Shown here piece by piece: positions 13,083 through 27,400 of a DNA stretch of 64,000 nucleotides. The stretch comes from Eledone cirrhosa (lineage: Eukaryota). Under the pieces are notes generated by a model. It did no database searches and was not told where the DNA came from. It saw only the letters and a list, made by a program, of their open reading frames with translations. Positions within the stretch are counted from its first letter, which is position 1; every line of letters begins with the position of its first letter. The translations under genes were made by a program, and so were the position numbers. Location of the stretch: the NCBI GenBank assembly GCA_964016885.1, contig OZ024745.1, positions 24,738,001 through 24,802,000 of the forward strand, given 5' to 3'.

Positions 13083-15170
13083 GTGGTGAGCTGTGCTCTG
13101 CTATGATGTGGAGTGGAGTGGTGAGCTGTGCTCTGCTATGATGTGGAGTGGAGTGGTGAGCTGTGCTCTGCTATGATGCGGAGTGGAGTGGTGAGCTGTG
13201 CTCTGCTATGATGTGGAGTGGAGTGGTGAGCTGTGCTCTGCTATGATGTGGAGTGGTGAGCTGTGCTCTGCTATGATGTGGAGTGGAGTGGTGAGCTGTG
13301 CTCTGCTATGATGTGGAGTGGTGAGCTGTGCTCTACTATGATGTGGAGTGGAGTGGTGAGCTGTGCTCTGCTATGATGTGGAGTGGAGTGGTGAGCTGTG
13401 CTCTGCTATGATGTAGAGTGGAGTGGTGAGCTGTGCTCTGCTATGATGTGGAGTGGTGAGCTGTGCTCTGCTATGATGTGGAGTGGGGTGGTGAGCTGAG
13501 CTCTGCTATGATGTGGAGTGGTGAGCTGTGCTCTGCTATGATGTGGAGTGGAGTGGTGAGCTGTGCTCTGCTATGATGTCGAGTGGTGAGCTGTGCTCTG
13601 CTATGATGCGGAGTGGAGTGGTGAGCTGTGCTCTGCTATGATGTGGAGTGGAGTGGTGAGCTGTGCTCTGCTATGATGTAGAGTGGAGTGGTGAGCTGTG
13701 CTCTGCTATGATGCGGAGTGGAGTGGTGAGCTGTGCTCTGCTATGATGTGGAGTGGAATGGTGAGCTGTGCTCTGCTATGATGTGGAGTGGAGTGGTGAG
13801 CTGTGCTCTGCTATGATGTGAAGTGGTGAGCTGTGCTCTGCTATGATGTGGCGTGGAGTGGTGAGCTGTGCTCTGCTATGATATAGTGTGGAGTGGTGAG
13901 CTGTGCTCTGCTATGATGCGGAGCGGAGTGGTGAGCTGTGCTCTGCTATGATGTGGAGTGGAGTGGTGAGCTGTGCTCTGCTATGATGTGGAGTGGAGTG
14001 GTGAGCTGTGCTCTGCTATGATGTGGAGTGGAGTGGTGAGCTGTGCTCTGCTATGATGCGGAGTGGAGTGGTGAGCTGTGCTCTGCTATGATGTGGAGTG
14101 GTGAGCTGTGCTCTGCTATGATGTGGTGTGGAGTGGACTGGTGAGCTGTGCTCTGCTATGATGTGATGTGGAGTGGAGTGGTGAGCTGTGCTCTGCTATG
14201 ATGTGGAGTGGAGTGGTGAGCTGTGCTCTGCTATGATGCGGAGTGGAGTGGTGAGCTGTGCTCTGCTATGATGTAGAGTGGAGTGGTGAGCTGTGCTCTG
14301 CTATGATGTGGAGTGGAGTGGTGAGCTGTGCTCTGCTATGATGTGGAGTGGAGTGGTGAGCTGTGCTCTGCTATGATGTGGAGTGGAGTGGTGAGCTGTG
14401 CTCTGCATAATGTGGAGTGGTGAGCTGTGCTCTGCTATGATGTGGAGTGGTGAGCTGTGCTCTGCTATGATGTGGTGTGGAGTGGACTGGTGAGCTGTGC
14501 TCTGCTATGATGTGATGTGGAGTGGAGTGGTGAGCTTTGCTCTGCTATGATCTGAAGTGGAGTGGTGAGCGGTGCTCTGCTATGATGAGGTGTGGAGTGG
14601 ACTGGTGAGCTTTGCTCTGCTATGATGTGGAGTGGAGTGGTGAGCTGTGCTCTGCTATGATGTGGAGTGGACTGGTGAGCTGTGCTCTGCTATGATGTGG
14701 AGTGGAGTGGTGAGCTGTGCTCTGCTATGATGTGGAGTGGACTGGTGAGCTGTGCTCTGCTATGATGTGGAGTGGAGTGGTGAGCTGTGCTCTGCTATGA
14801 TGTCGAGTGGTGAGCTGTGCTCTGCTATGATGTGGAGTGGAGTGGTGAGCTGTGCTCGGCTATGATGTGGAGTGGAGTGGTGAGCTGTGCTCTGCTATGA
14901 TGTGGAGTGGTGAGCTGTGCTCTGCTATGATGTGAAGTGGAGTGGTGAGCTGTGCTCTGCTATGATGTCGAGTGGTGAGCTGTGCTCTGCTATGATGTGG
15001 AGTGGAGTGGTGAGCTGTGGTCTGCTTCTGATGTGGTGTGGAGTGGAGTGGTGAGCTGTGCTCTGCTATGATGTGGAGTGGAGTGGTGAGCTGTGGTCTG
15101 CTATGATGTGGTGTGGAGTGGAGTGGTGAGTTGTGCTCTGCTATGTTGTGGAGTGGAGTGGAGTGGTGTG
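13083..15170. repeat. 30/35-bp minisatellite array
   Basis: Unit gtgagctgtgctctgctatgatgtg(gagtg)1-2. Confidence 0.97.
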
Positions 15171-15666
15171 GTGTAAAGTGGAGTGGACGGGGTGGTGGGC
15201 TGCGGTGTAGTGTAGTGTGCATTAATTATAATGATGGATGCTGTTTTTATTACGTGCCGGCTAGCGGATGGTGATAATGATGATGTCGTTGACACCGACG
15301 TAGAAGACAACGATGCTGCTGCTGCTGATGATGATTTTGATGTCAATGTCCGTATCAGTGACAAAGACGACTAGAAAAAAAATTAACGATGACGCTGACG
15401 ATAACACTGACGATGACACATAACGATGGCAATGATGCTGGCGATGACAATGACGATGGCGATGGCGATGACGATGACGATGATGATGACCATGATGACG
15501 ATGACGCTGGCAACGATACACCACCATCATTGTTATTATCGGATTCTCCACGTGTTCAATATCTAGCAAGATCAAAGTGATCAAAGTAAAATAATTAGTA
15601 GTCATTGAGTTCGAAAAAAGAAATCTTGTTTAAATTTCATTTTAATTTGAGTTATTATTATTATTA

Positions 15667-15750
<84 letters not shown>

Positions 15751-15751
<1 letters not shown>

Positions 15752-15941
15752 GGGCGGTGGATTGGCAGTATCGGTAGAGGGTTGGACGCCATGTTTTCTA
15801 GCATAGTTACGTCCCTTTACAGTCTGAGTTCAAATCCCGCCGAGGTTAACTTTGCCTTTCATCCTTACGGGGTCGATAAAATAAAGTACCAGTAATGTAC
15901 TGGGTAATTGCTGGCCTTGTGCCTAAAGTAGAAACAATTAT
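15751..15941 (+). mobile_element. tRNA-derived SINE
   Basis: Full copy after (TTA)n; TGGCAGTATCGG and GAGTTCAAATCC boxes; supplies the first ~15 codons of the 15895 ORF. Confidence 0.88.
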
Positions 15942-18900
15942 AGGGGGAGGAGTTGCTGTGCTTTTTCGGAGAGGTTTGGATCTCGCCATACGGGCCATCT
16001 TCCTGGACCCAGAGGGTAAGTTGGTGGTGCTGGACGTGACCAGCGGAGACGGGCAAGCTTTCAGGCTAGTGGCCGTCTATGCCCCGACAGGAGCAGGGCG
16101 GCCTGATTTCTTCCGGCGTCTGGAGACCTTTCTTGGAACGTCCCGCTCTTTAGTGTTAGTGGGCGACTGGAACGGGATCTTAGATGCACGCTGGGACTGT
16201 GTGGGATTAGTGGATAGGGAAGGAGGGTGCAAGAGTCTCACCAACCTGCTCAGACGTTTTGAACTGTCTGACAGGTACCGATTGGATTTCCCGAATGTGC
16301 CAATGTGGACTTGGACAAATCGCATAGGGTCATCCAGATCATATCTAGATAGAGTATTTTGTAAGGAAATAGATAGGTCTAGCATAGGCTGTCCACAATT
16401 CAAGATAGTCAGCTACACGGACCACAAATTCGTGATCTGTGTGCTTGACTTAGATAGGCTTCATAGACGAGGACCCGGCTACTGGAAGCTAAACGCGTCC
16501 TTACCAGCGCGCAAGGCCTACAGAGACCGGATTAGCGAACTAGTTAAGCGGCCGTTGACGGGGGCCATCGTCAACAACAAGCGGTGGTTTGCTCTGAAAA
16601 GAGCGATTAGAATAGAATCAATTAGGTTTAGTAAGGCTTTAGCAATAGAGAAAAATAGAGCAGAGGGAGAACTAGTTAGAAAATTAGACGAGGCGCTTAG
16701 CAAAGGCATTGCGACCGACGTGCTTGCGGCGAAATTGGCCCTTGACCAATTCTTCAATGCAAAGCATGAAGGCTGCGTTGTCAGAGCAAGGGTGCGTGCT
16801 CTCAGACACGAGGGGACGAAAGCCGTTCAATGGGCCCGAGTGGCGGAGGCGCGTCGTGGCAACAAAGCCACGATCCGGTCTTTGGTGGACCACGACGGGC
16901 GCATGCTACTCGATCCTGGGCAAATGTGTGAAGCTTTTCAGCGACACTTCGCTCAGCTGTTCGGGGGCAGCGGTGGGCCGGGTCGAGGGATGGACTTTAG
17001 TGTCTACCTCGACGGACTGCCGCGGCTCTCGGCCACTGAGGCGAAGTGTTGCGAAAAGCCGATAACAGCCGCTGAAGTAAGGGAGGCAATGACTGGCTGC
17101 ACAAGGGGTAAATCGCCTGGTTTGGATGGTCTGCCCTATGAACTTTACGTACAGATGCCAGACTTGTTCGGAGGCCTCTTGGCGGACGTCTACTGCAACT
17201 GGCAACAGAACGGGAGAATTCCCAGATCTGTGAGTCGAGGAGCGGTGGCACTGCTGAGAAAGCATCCGAACAAGGGGGATAACATAGATAATTTCCGGCC
17301 CATAACTCTGTTAAACACAGAGTTCAAGATTTTGGCCAAGGTGCTAGCAAAGAGGTTGGCGCTTGTCGTTGGTGGTCTGGTGGGAGAGGCGCAGACATGC
17401 GCCATTCCCGACAGATCCATCCACGACAACCTCCACCTCATGCGATACATCGTAGAGAGTGTAGCTAGGGAACCTGGCACGGGTGGGTCCTTGATCAATT
17501 TAGATCAGTCGAAAGCTTTCGATAGGGTCGACCATCGTTACCTAGCGGCAGTCCTGAGGGCGGCTGGCTTTGGGCCCGTCTTCAGAGGCTGGATCGCTGC
17601 CATGCACAGCGACTTCTGCTCTGTGGTGAGAGTGAACGGTCACCTGTCGGAACCGTTCAACATCATGCGCTCGGTCCGCCAAGGATGTCCCCTCTCGTCC
17701 CTCTTGTACGTATTGACTCTCGGGCCATTACTGCACAAACTGGAGACGTTGAGGGGGGTCCCGCGCGAACTAGGATGCGGAAGATCCGTGTCAGCATATG
17801 CGGACGATGTCACCGTAGTGGTGTCGAACGCCAAACACATCGAGGGGATCGGCACTACACTAAGAGAATACGAAGCGGTGACAGGAGCAATGATCAACCA
17901 GGAAAAGTCAGTGGGCCTGCAGCTCGGCACCTGGAGAGGCAGGTCCATGCCGTCCAACAGCGTCGTCGGACGCTGGACGGACGGACCGCTTAAATTGCTA
18001 GGGGTCTGGTTCGGTCCGGACCTCCAGACGGACAAAAACTGGGACGAGGTGACGAGCAGGGTGGCTTCTCTCACCCAGAAATGGGCGGAGAGGAAGCTAT
18101 CCCTGAAAGGTCGAGCGGAGGTGGCTAACGCGTACATCGCGTCTGTCATCTGCTACCGCCTGACCGTCGTACCTTGTCCTAAGCCCCGCCTGAAGGGCTG
18201 GGCATGCCGTGGTTGATGATGCGCAGGCACGCGCTCAGGCTACGACATCTTCACCTCTTCCTCGACGGTGATCAGGTGTGGTCGCCGTTTGCTAGACACG
18301 TATTTCCCCAGCTCGTTTCCTTGACGGAGCTGCAGTCCTGGGTCAAGCGAAGACCGAGAGGGAGCGCCTGGAGACTAGAATGTCTTCAGGCGCTCACAGC
18401 CCTCGACCAATCGGGCAATGTGATCGGTGAAAACTCCACCTCGGCGTTCTATAGAGGATTAGTGGAGGGGAAGAGCGACGACGTACTTGGGGAAACTCTA
18501 GGCGTCGACGAAAATCAACTAGCCAATCTCTTCGGAAGAACTTTCGGGCCAGGGCCTATGGACAACTTCCAGAAATCTCTGGCCTGGCAGTGCTACCGAG
18601 GAGCCTTGCCAGTTCGGGATAAACTCTACAGGCATGGAGGTGCCGTCAGCCGGGCATGTCCGAGATGCGCGCAGGGCGACGAAACCGTCCTGCACACACT
18701 CGTCCAGTGTCCGAAAATTGATGACTTGTGGGTTTATGTCGAACACCTGCTGTCGCGTGTAGGACGGATCCGGCTATCATCTGAGTCCATCGTGAGGATT
18801 GCCCCGCCCTCCTCCTTTAGCCGGGAAGGGCAGGCAGTTTTTATCTGTCTGGTGGCCATGGCGAAAGAGATAGTATGGTGGACACGTTTGAAAGGGCTGA

Positions 18901-19073
18901 AGACGAGCACATACCTCTTCGGTGATGCTCTGATTGACTTTTTCAAATTTCATTTGAAAAGGAAAATCAGAGTAGAGAGGGAAATGCTCTCTTCCCAGCA
19001 TTTTGTTGAAAGATGGGTGAGAGAAGCAAGAATGGCCCGAGTGAATGGGCCTTCTCTGAGTATGTGTCTGTAA
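15942..19073 (+). pseudogene. Tx1-like ORF2 (APE endonuclease, RT, zf-RVT/CCHC), broken by deletion/frameshift near 18190
   Basis: Motifs AVYAP, GDWN, SYLDRVF, TDHK, KSPGLDG, FRPITLLN, DQSKAFDRV, VRQGCPLS, AYADD, CPRC...ETVLHTLVQC; the paralog at 35-36 kb has ~30 extra residues between VVPCP and GLGMP. Confidence 0.9.
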
Positions 19074-19317
19074 ATTAAAGGTGGAAAACTGGGAGAGGGC
19101 ACTTGCCCTGGTGGTCAGGGCCACTGTGGTCTTTTAATGGGCTTTCTCCACAAATGTCCCTCGGAAGTCTCCCCCCTATTGGGGAATTTTTTCTTTGTTA
19201 TTTTATTTCATCCTCTGTTTTTTTTACACGCAGAAATGCCCATTTGTACCGTCCTGTATTGTCCTGTACTGTCCTTAATGTCTACTTTATGTAAACCCTT
19301 GTGGTTAATAAAGAAAA

Positions 19318-19320
<3 letters not shown>
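15942..19320 (+). mobile_element. 5'-truncated L1/Tx1-clade non-LTR retrotransposon
   Basis: APE endonuclease + RT + CCHC coding region, 3' UTR ending cccttgtggttaataaagaaa followed by (TTA)n. Confidence 0.92.
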
Positions 19321-19365
<45 letters not shown>

Positions 19366-20432
19366 ATTGTTGTTTTTAATTCAATTATATCTATTCCTTT
19401 ATTTATTTTTCATTCATTTATATATTTTTTATTAGATACTTCCATCAATAAGCGAGATGTGGTTGTAATTGTTGTTGAAGAGGCAGGCCAATCCTGACTG
19501 AAAAAGTCTATCATCAAACAACATTTTACTCTTGGCCATTTAGTTTTTTTTAGATGTTTCTATGATTGCATTTGCCAATGTGGTTTTTTTCCTCTTTTAA
19601 AAATGATAGGGATGTGACTTTAGAGAATGTTGCTGCTATTTCTAGCAAGTCAAGTGTACATGTTTCTATGTTTGCTCATAACTATTAGGTTGTAACATAA
19701 ACTCCCGCCGTTTTTTATTAGACAAATTATAACAACGGCGGGAATTTATGTTATAACCCATATGATGTCATATTGGAATTGTTTCATTTGTAGTACCTGC
19801 GTTTACGTTAATCAGTATCAAACATTTCTAATTGTACTGTACAAGTTGAGTGAAAATATTGATTCCTTTGCGTCACCTAAATATTTCTTCTTTAGATTTC
19901 TTAATTTCTAAATGGATCTGTTATAATATTTAAATTCACCTGTCTCATGTAAATAAAATAAACTTGGGATCCCCTTTTTGATATAATGTTTAAATTCTAG
20001 TAAATTTGTTGTCTATTATTAGGGATTATTTGAAAATATTACACATATTTAAGGGTTTTAAGCCAAATTGGATCAGGAAGAGTCCAAGGGAACTCTTTCA
20101 GTTCCCTTTTTAACTTCCTAATGCTAATACATTTAACCAACACGTAAAACCACACAGGGTTCAAATAAATGCTATGAGATATCAGTAGATTATTTGTTGT
20201 ATATGGACGGCATCGAAATGTAGGCTGCAGATAATAAACAACTAGAAATACAACTTCGTCTACTGTATTCTGTCAGCAATGCTGAGATGTAGCCATGTCA
20301 AACTTTCTGGTAATGACAGTCAATCAATTAGATTTGGTCAAATAGTAGCCGAGCTGTCAGAAAGCCAAATAAGTACTGCAAGAAAAAATTCCAAGTACTA
20401 GACAAACGTATATAGACATACACACACACACA

Positions 20433-20513
<81 letters not shown>

Positions 20514-20796
20514 TCACATACATACGTAGATACACACAGACAGAAAAATGAAATCAACAATAAACATATTTTTAAACATGTATAAAAAAAAATAGTATAT
20601 TTAATAGCACACATCTATATATATGTGTTTGCGTGCATGTGTCTGTATGCGTGTGTCTGTGTCTCTGTGTGTGTGTGTGTGCGTGTGCGTGTATAATAGA
20701 TGTATGTTTTAATACAGATATATATAAACACGCATATACACATATATAAATGGATGCGTGAAGAGATAAATAAATAAACAAATATACATATATATG

Positions 20797-21069
<273 letters not shown>

Positions 21070-21155
21070 TTACAAGTAATCTTAAGCGTATATGCTTTCT
21101 TCTATACGCAGACAATAACATCAATTTATGCACAAACAGATACATGTGGTCCCAA

Positions 21156-22025
<870 letters not shown>

Positions 22026-22248
22026 AGTAAGAATATTTTCGAAACAGCGAGCGAGTTTGAAATTATAAATGGAAGCTATCGCCGTATTTTGACTAAAGAA
22101 ATTACAGAAAATTATTTAGCCTGATAAATTTTCTTTAATTTCTTTAGTCAAAATACGGCGATAACTTATATTTATAATTTCGGGCGGGATGGAATTGGAA
22201 AAAAATGTCTTTAGATAAAATAACAGGTCCATTCATGTTGACATATGT

Positions 22249-22332
<84 letters not shown>

Positions 22333-22354
22333 ATGTTTATAGCACTTTCTCTCA

Positions 22355-22468
<114 letters not shown>

Positions 22469-22644
22469 AACACACACTTTCTCTGCTTCTCTCTCCCTCT
22501 ACGTATTTCAAAGCGAAATATATTGAGAAAGAACAAGACAGCAATACATACATGCATAAATACATACATACGTACATACATAGATACGTACATACATGCA
22601 CTTACATGCATAGATACACATACATACGTACGTACATACATACA

Positions 22645-23056
22645 TGGTGGCTGCCAACTCGTTTTCGAGTACGGCCACTACTTTATATCCATGTAGGAGA
22701 ACGCCTACCGATGCGCTGAAAGAGTGTGACTTTTTAGTCCAGCCAGCGTATTGAAAACTCTGGTACAAACACTACACTTGTGACAATTATTGACACATAG
22801 TGCTGGGCCCATGGTACCATGTGAGGACAAGTGCAGAGAGATCTCCAGATATAAAGCAATGCCTGTGCCGTGAAGCTTTTATAGTGAGCAAAGGCACTGC
22901 ACAAAGCCAGTCCCACTCTCTCAACCAAGATGATATTTACCAAAAAGAAGAACAAGTCAACATCATTGGATACCATCAGGGTTGCAGGTGTTATATCAGA
23001 GTTTTCCTTCTCCTAGAATTCTGCCTTGACAAAGGCTAAGGGGTCATCTCTCCCGG
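22645..23056 (-). mobile_element. RTE-derived non-autonomous element, 5'-truncated copy
   Basis: Near-identical to 23076-23487; flanked by (CATA)n. Confidence 0.85.
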
Positions 23057-23075
23057 ACATACATACATACATACA

Positions 23076-23684
23076 TGGTGGCTGCCAACTCGTTTTCGAG
23101 TACGGCCACTACTTTATATCCATGTAGGAGAACCCCCACTGATGCGCTAAACGAGTGTGACTTTTCAGTCCAGCCAGCGACTTGAAAACTCTGGTACAAA
23201 CACTACACTTGTGACAATTATTGACACACAGTGCCGGGCCCATGGTACCATGTCACGACAAGTGCAGAGAGATCTCCAGACATAAAGCAATGCCTGTGCC
23301 GTGAAGCTTTTATAGTGAGCAAAGGCACTGCACAAAGCCAGTCCCACTCTCTTAACCAAGATGATATTTACCAAAAAGAAGAACAAGTCAACATCATTGG
23401 ATACCATCAGAGTTGCAGGTGTTATATCAGAGTTTTCCTTCTCCTAGAATTCTGCCTTGACAAAGGCTAAGGGGTCATCTCTCCCGGTGATTTTGGATGG
23501 CCATTGACTCTTAAGAGCTCCTTTGCCTTTTGACAGGTTTTGTTTTTAGTCCTGCAGGATGTCCAAAGTCACCCTCCTCACCAAGCAACCTTGGTGGGGT
23601 TGCCAGTTTAGTCGCCAACGACCCGACCATGAGACAGGTTGTACTGGGATACATGTTACCAGTAGCACCAACTGGTGACCTGAC
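23076..23684 (-). mobile_element. RTE-derived non-autonomous element, apparently full length (~610 bp)
   Basis: 3' part encodes the RTE/BovB-type terminal C2H2 finger (CSVCTRVFKSLAGLKSH) plus short 3' UTR running into (TGTA)n; 5' part is structured non-coding sequence; no RT. Confidence 0.75.
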
Positions 23685-23753
23685 ATACATACATACATAC
23701 ATACATACATACATACATACATACATACATACATACATACATACATACATACA

Positions 23754-24005
23754 TCATTATTGGTGCTACGGGTTATATACCAACCCGCTTGGACCAAAGT
23801 ATGACTGAACTTGGATTTGCGGACAAAAAGCGCAGCTCCCTAATTCATAGTCTGCAAATGGCTGCGATAGCTGGCACCTTCAAAATGTGCAAAACATTCT
23901 TGCGATTCAAGGGATGACAATTTCTTTTCTTTTACAACCTTGCCACCAGGAAGGTGGCCGGTCAAAAAAATATACTCGAAATTAAGAGAAAGAGAAAAAA
24001 AAAAA
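23754..24005 (+). mobile_element. 3' end fragment of R4/Dong-like element (subfamily 2)
   Basis: Translates IIGATGYIP...AAIAGTFKMCKTFLRF*; 3' UTR matches 29425-29535; inserted in (CATA)n. Confidence 0.8.
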
Positions 24006-24011
24006 CATACA

Positions 24012-24162
24012 TGGTGGCTGCCAACTCGTTTTCGAGTACGGCCACTATTTTATATCCATGTAGGAGAACCCCTACCGATGCGCTGAACGAGTGTGACTTT
24101 TTAGTCCAGCCAGCGACTTGAAAACTCTGGTACAAACACTACACTTGTGACAATTATTGACA
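24012..24162 (-). mobile_element. RTE-derived element, short 3' fragment
   Basis: Encodes NNCHKCSVCTRVFKSLAGLKSHTRSAHR*; same 3' end as other copies. Confidence 0.85.
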
Positions 24163-24485
24163 TACATACATACATACATACATACATACATACATACATA
24201 CATACATACATACATACATACATACATACATACATACATGCATACATACATACATACATGCATAAATACATACATACGTACATATATACATACTTACATG
24301 CATAGATACACATACATACATGCATAAATACATACATACGTACATACATACATATATAAATACATGCATAGATACACATACATACATAGATGCATAAAAA
24401 CATACATACATACATAAATACATACATACATACATACATACATACATACATACATACATACATACATACATACATACATACATAC

Positions 24486-27400
24486 AGTCAGGTTGAATAA
24501 CTGGTTATTCTTCTAACTATATCTTCTGAAGACACCTTTTATTCGAATTCGTAGAAATATCCGACTAAATAAATAATTCATTTTACAAAGATTTGCTACA
24601 AACAGCATGGCTGAACACAACATCAACGAAAAAATTAAGGAAGTACCGAGTACAAATGACAAGGAAGGTAAGCAAACTTGATTCAGTTGTAGCTACAGAA
24701 GAAACCGAAATTATAAATCGCATTTCTCTTGGAGTTGCGAACTTAATAATGATTTATTTAATTCTTATAAAATGGCAAAAAACAATCCCTCCGTTGGCTA
24801 TAGGAATAGAATGAAGCTACACTGGGACGAAATGCACCCAGAGCTAAATTATTCCACAGCGAAACGATTACGCCAACAAGCGACGTTTGTTGAACATAAA
24901 AATAAGATAAATATTATTAATTGTAAGTGCCCCACAACAAACATGTTATCAACAACACGTGCTACAAGTCGCCATCTACTAGACTTCCTAGCAGCCAGGT
25001 CGAACAACGTCTTGAAACAACTATGCCTGTAAGAAACTTGACACCACCTGTACCATCTAAGTCTACCTCGAATGCTGGGGAAAACACTATCGATAATAAT
25101 AATAATCGAAGAAATAATAATAATAATCGAAGAAAGTTTACACCACGTGTACCATCCGAGCCCACCTCCACTGTTATGGAAAATACTATCGATAATGATA
25201 ATAATCAAAAGTATAAACAATTGAAAATTTCCCTCAACGAAATCTTCCAGAGAGAAATTAACTCATGTATAAATATCTCTCTTGCTGAACGTATTAAAAC
25301 GACAATGTTTAATAATAAAAAAACAAATAATGAAATATTACGTGTTATTGACGAAATAGGGGATGAATATTTACGACGGATAAAAACCCCAACATTTTGA
25401 CAAATCAACGCCTGTTTATATGCCCTAGCAACGACAGTGAAGCATTATCTTGGTGATAGCAGAGATATTAACAAGAACTGAACACCACCAAAAATACCAT
25501 CATATATAACTAAAACAGAAAAAAAGATTGCTGACCTACGAAAACCCATAGGATATGGGACAATGCTCCTTACATGCAAACAAACACAAAAAACCTCACT
25601 CCTCACCAACAAAGAGTGAAAAATAAAATAGAGACGATGTTTGGTAACAGTAGAACCAGAACTCTCCAATATAAACTGATCACCCTCAAACAAGAATTGA
25701 GAGCTGTTAGCGAAAAACGCCGATACCTGAAGAAGGTAGATGAGAGAAAAGTGCTTAATGAAAGATTCAGACGAAACCAAACATCAGTCTATAGAGATAT
25801 GAAGGGCAGAATAATAAGTGTCACTGAGGCCCCATCCCAGAAAGACATAGATTCCTTTTGGAGCAAAATATGGGGTGAAAAGAAGAATTTCAACCAAAAT
25901 GCAGTGTGGCTAAGAGAAATCCGAAAGAACTATTGCTCCTACACTACAACAAAAACATACGAAATAAGTGAGGGTACCCTTGAGACTGTGATAGGAAAAC
26001 TCCAAGATAAGAAAACACCAGGAAGAGACAGGATTGTCGGCTACTGGTACAAAAAACTAATATTCTATCGGAGGTATCTTACTAACCTCTACCAACAAGT
26101 TCTTAAGGTAGATACACTTATACCAGAATGGTTGACATTAGCACAAACGTTAATGGTCCCCAAGAAAAAAGACACCCACTTGGCAAAAAACTACCGACCC
26201 ATTGCATGCCAGAACCTGATGTATAAGATGTATACAACCTGCCTGAACCTATTCCTCCAAGATCACTGTGAAAATAATAACATCATCACAGATGAACAAG
26301 CAGCTGGAAAGAAAGGGGTTTGGGATGTGCTGAACAACTCCTAATCAACAAAACTGCGATGTCGGAGGTGCGACAACTGAGGAAGAATATGACTACAGTC
26401 TGGCTGGACTGCAGGAAAGCTTTTGATTCTGTTCCCCACTCTTGGATGATAGAGGCCCTCCAAGTTGCTAAAGTCCCAGACATCATTGTCAGAGCCATAG
26501 AGAGGCTGTCTTTTTCTTGGGCTACTATCCTAAAGTTAAAGACAGAGAGGGAGGACTCTATTTTCACTGATAAAATAAAATATTGCAGGGGTATATTTCA
26601 GGGGGACAATCTCTCTGTGATATTATTCATCTTGTCATTAAACCCCTTGTCCTTTCTGCTCAAGAAATGTGAGGGATACATCATTGGCTCACAGGAGGAC
26701 AGAAATACGAACCTAACCCATAATTTCTTTGTGGACGACCTGAAACTCTATGCCAAGAACATGGATGGGATGAAGAAAAATCTTGACCTGGTTACAACGT
26801 TCTCAAAGGATATAGGAATGGAGTTTGGCCAAGATAAATGCTCATACATGACTGTAAAGCGGGGAAAAACAACAACCCAATCTTGCAACATTGTCATCAA
26901 TGGCCTAACTGTTTCACCGATATCTGATGAGGACTGCTACAGATACCTGGGGATAGATGAGAACATATCCTATAATGGTATCTGTAATAAAGAACGCGTA
27001 ACCAGGGAATACTACACCCGATTAAGAAAGATTTGGTCATCGGAACTCTCTGCGCAAAACAAAACAGTGGTTCACAATGTGTTTGATGTGCCTGTCCTAA
27101 CACCAACGTTTGGAATACTCAATTGGACGATAGACGAAATCCGAGCAGTTGATGTTGGAACTCCAAAAATACTGAACAACACCGGAAACTTCCACATCAA
27201 CAGTGACATAGACCGCCTTTACTTGAAACGTAAGCAGGGAGGCAGAGGCCTAACATCAGTCCAGACAACATTTGAATGTCGCATCATATCTCTCCGACAT
27301 CTACGAACCTCGAAGTGTAGGAGCCCGTTTCTCGAGCAAGTCTATCTGCATGAAACAGATAAATCATGAGAATTGGGAAGGAACTCCTCGAGATATTCCC

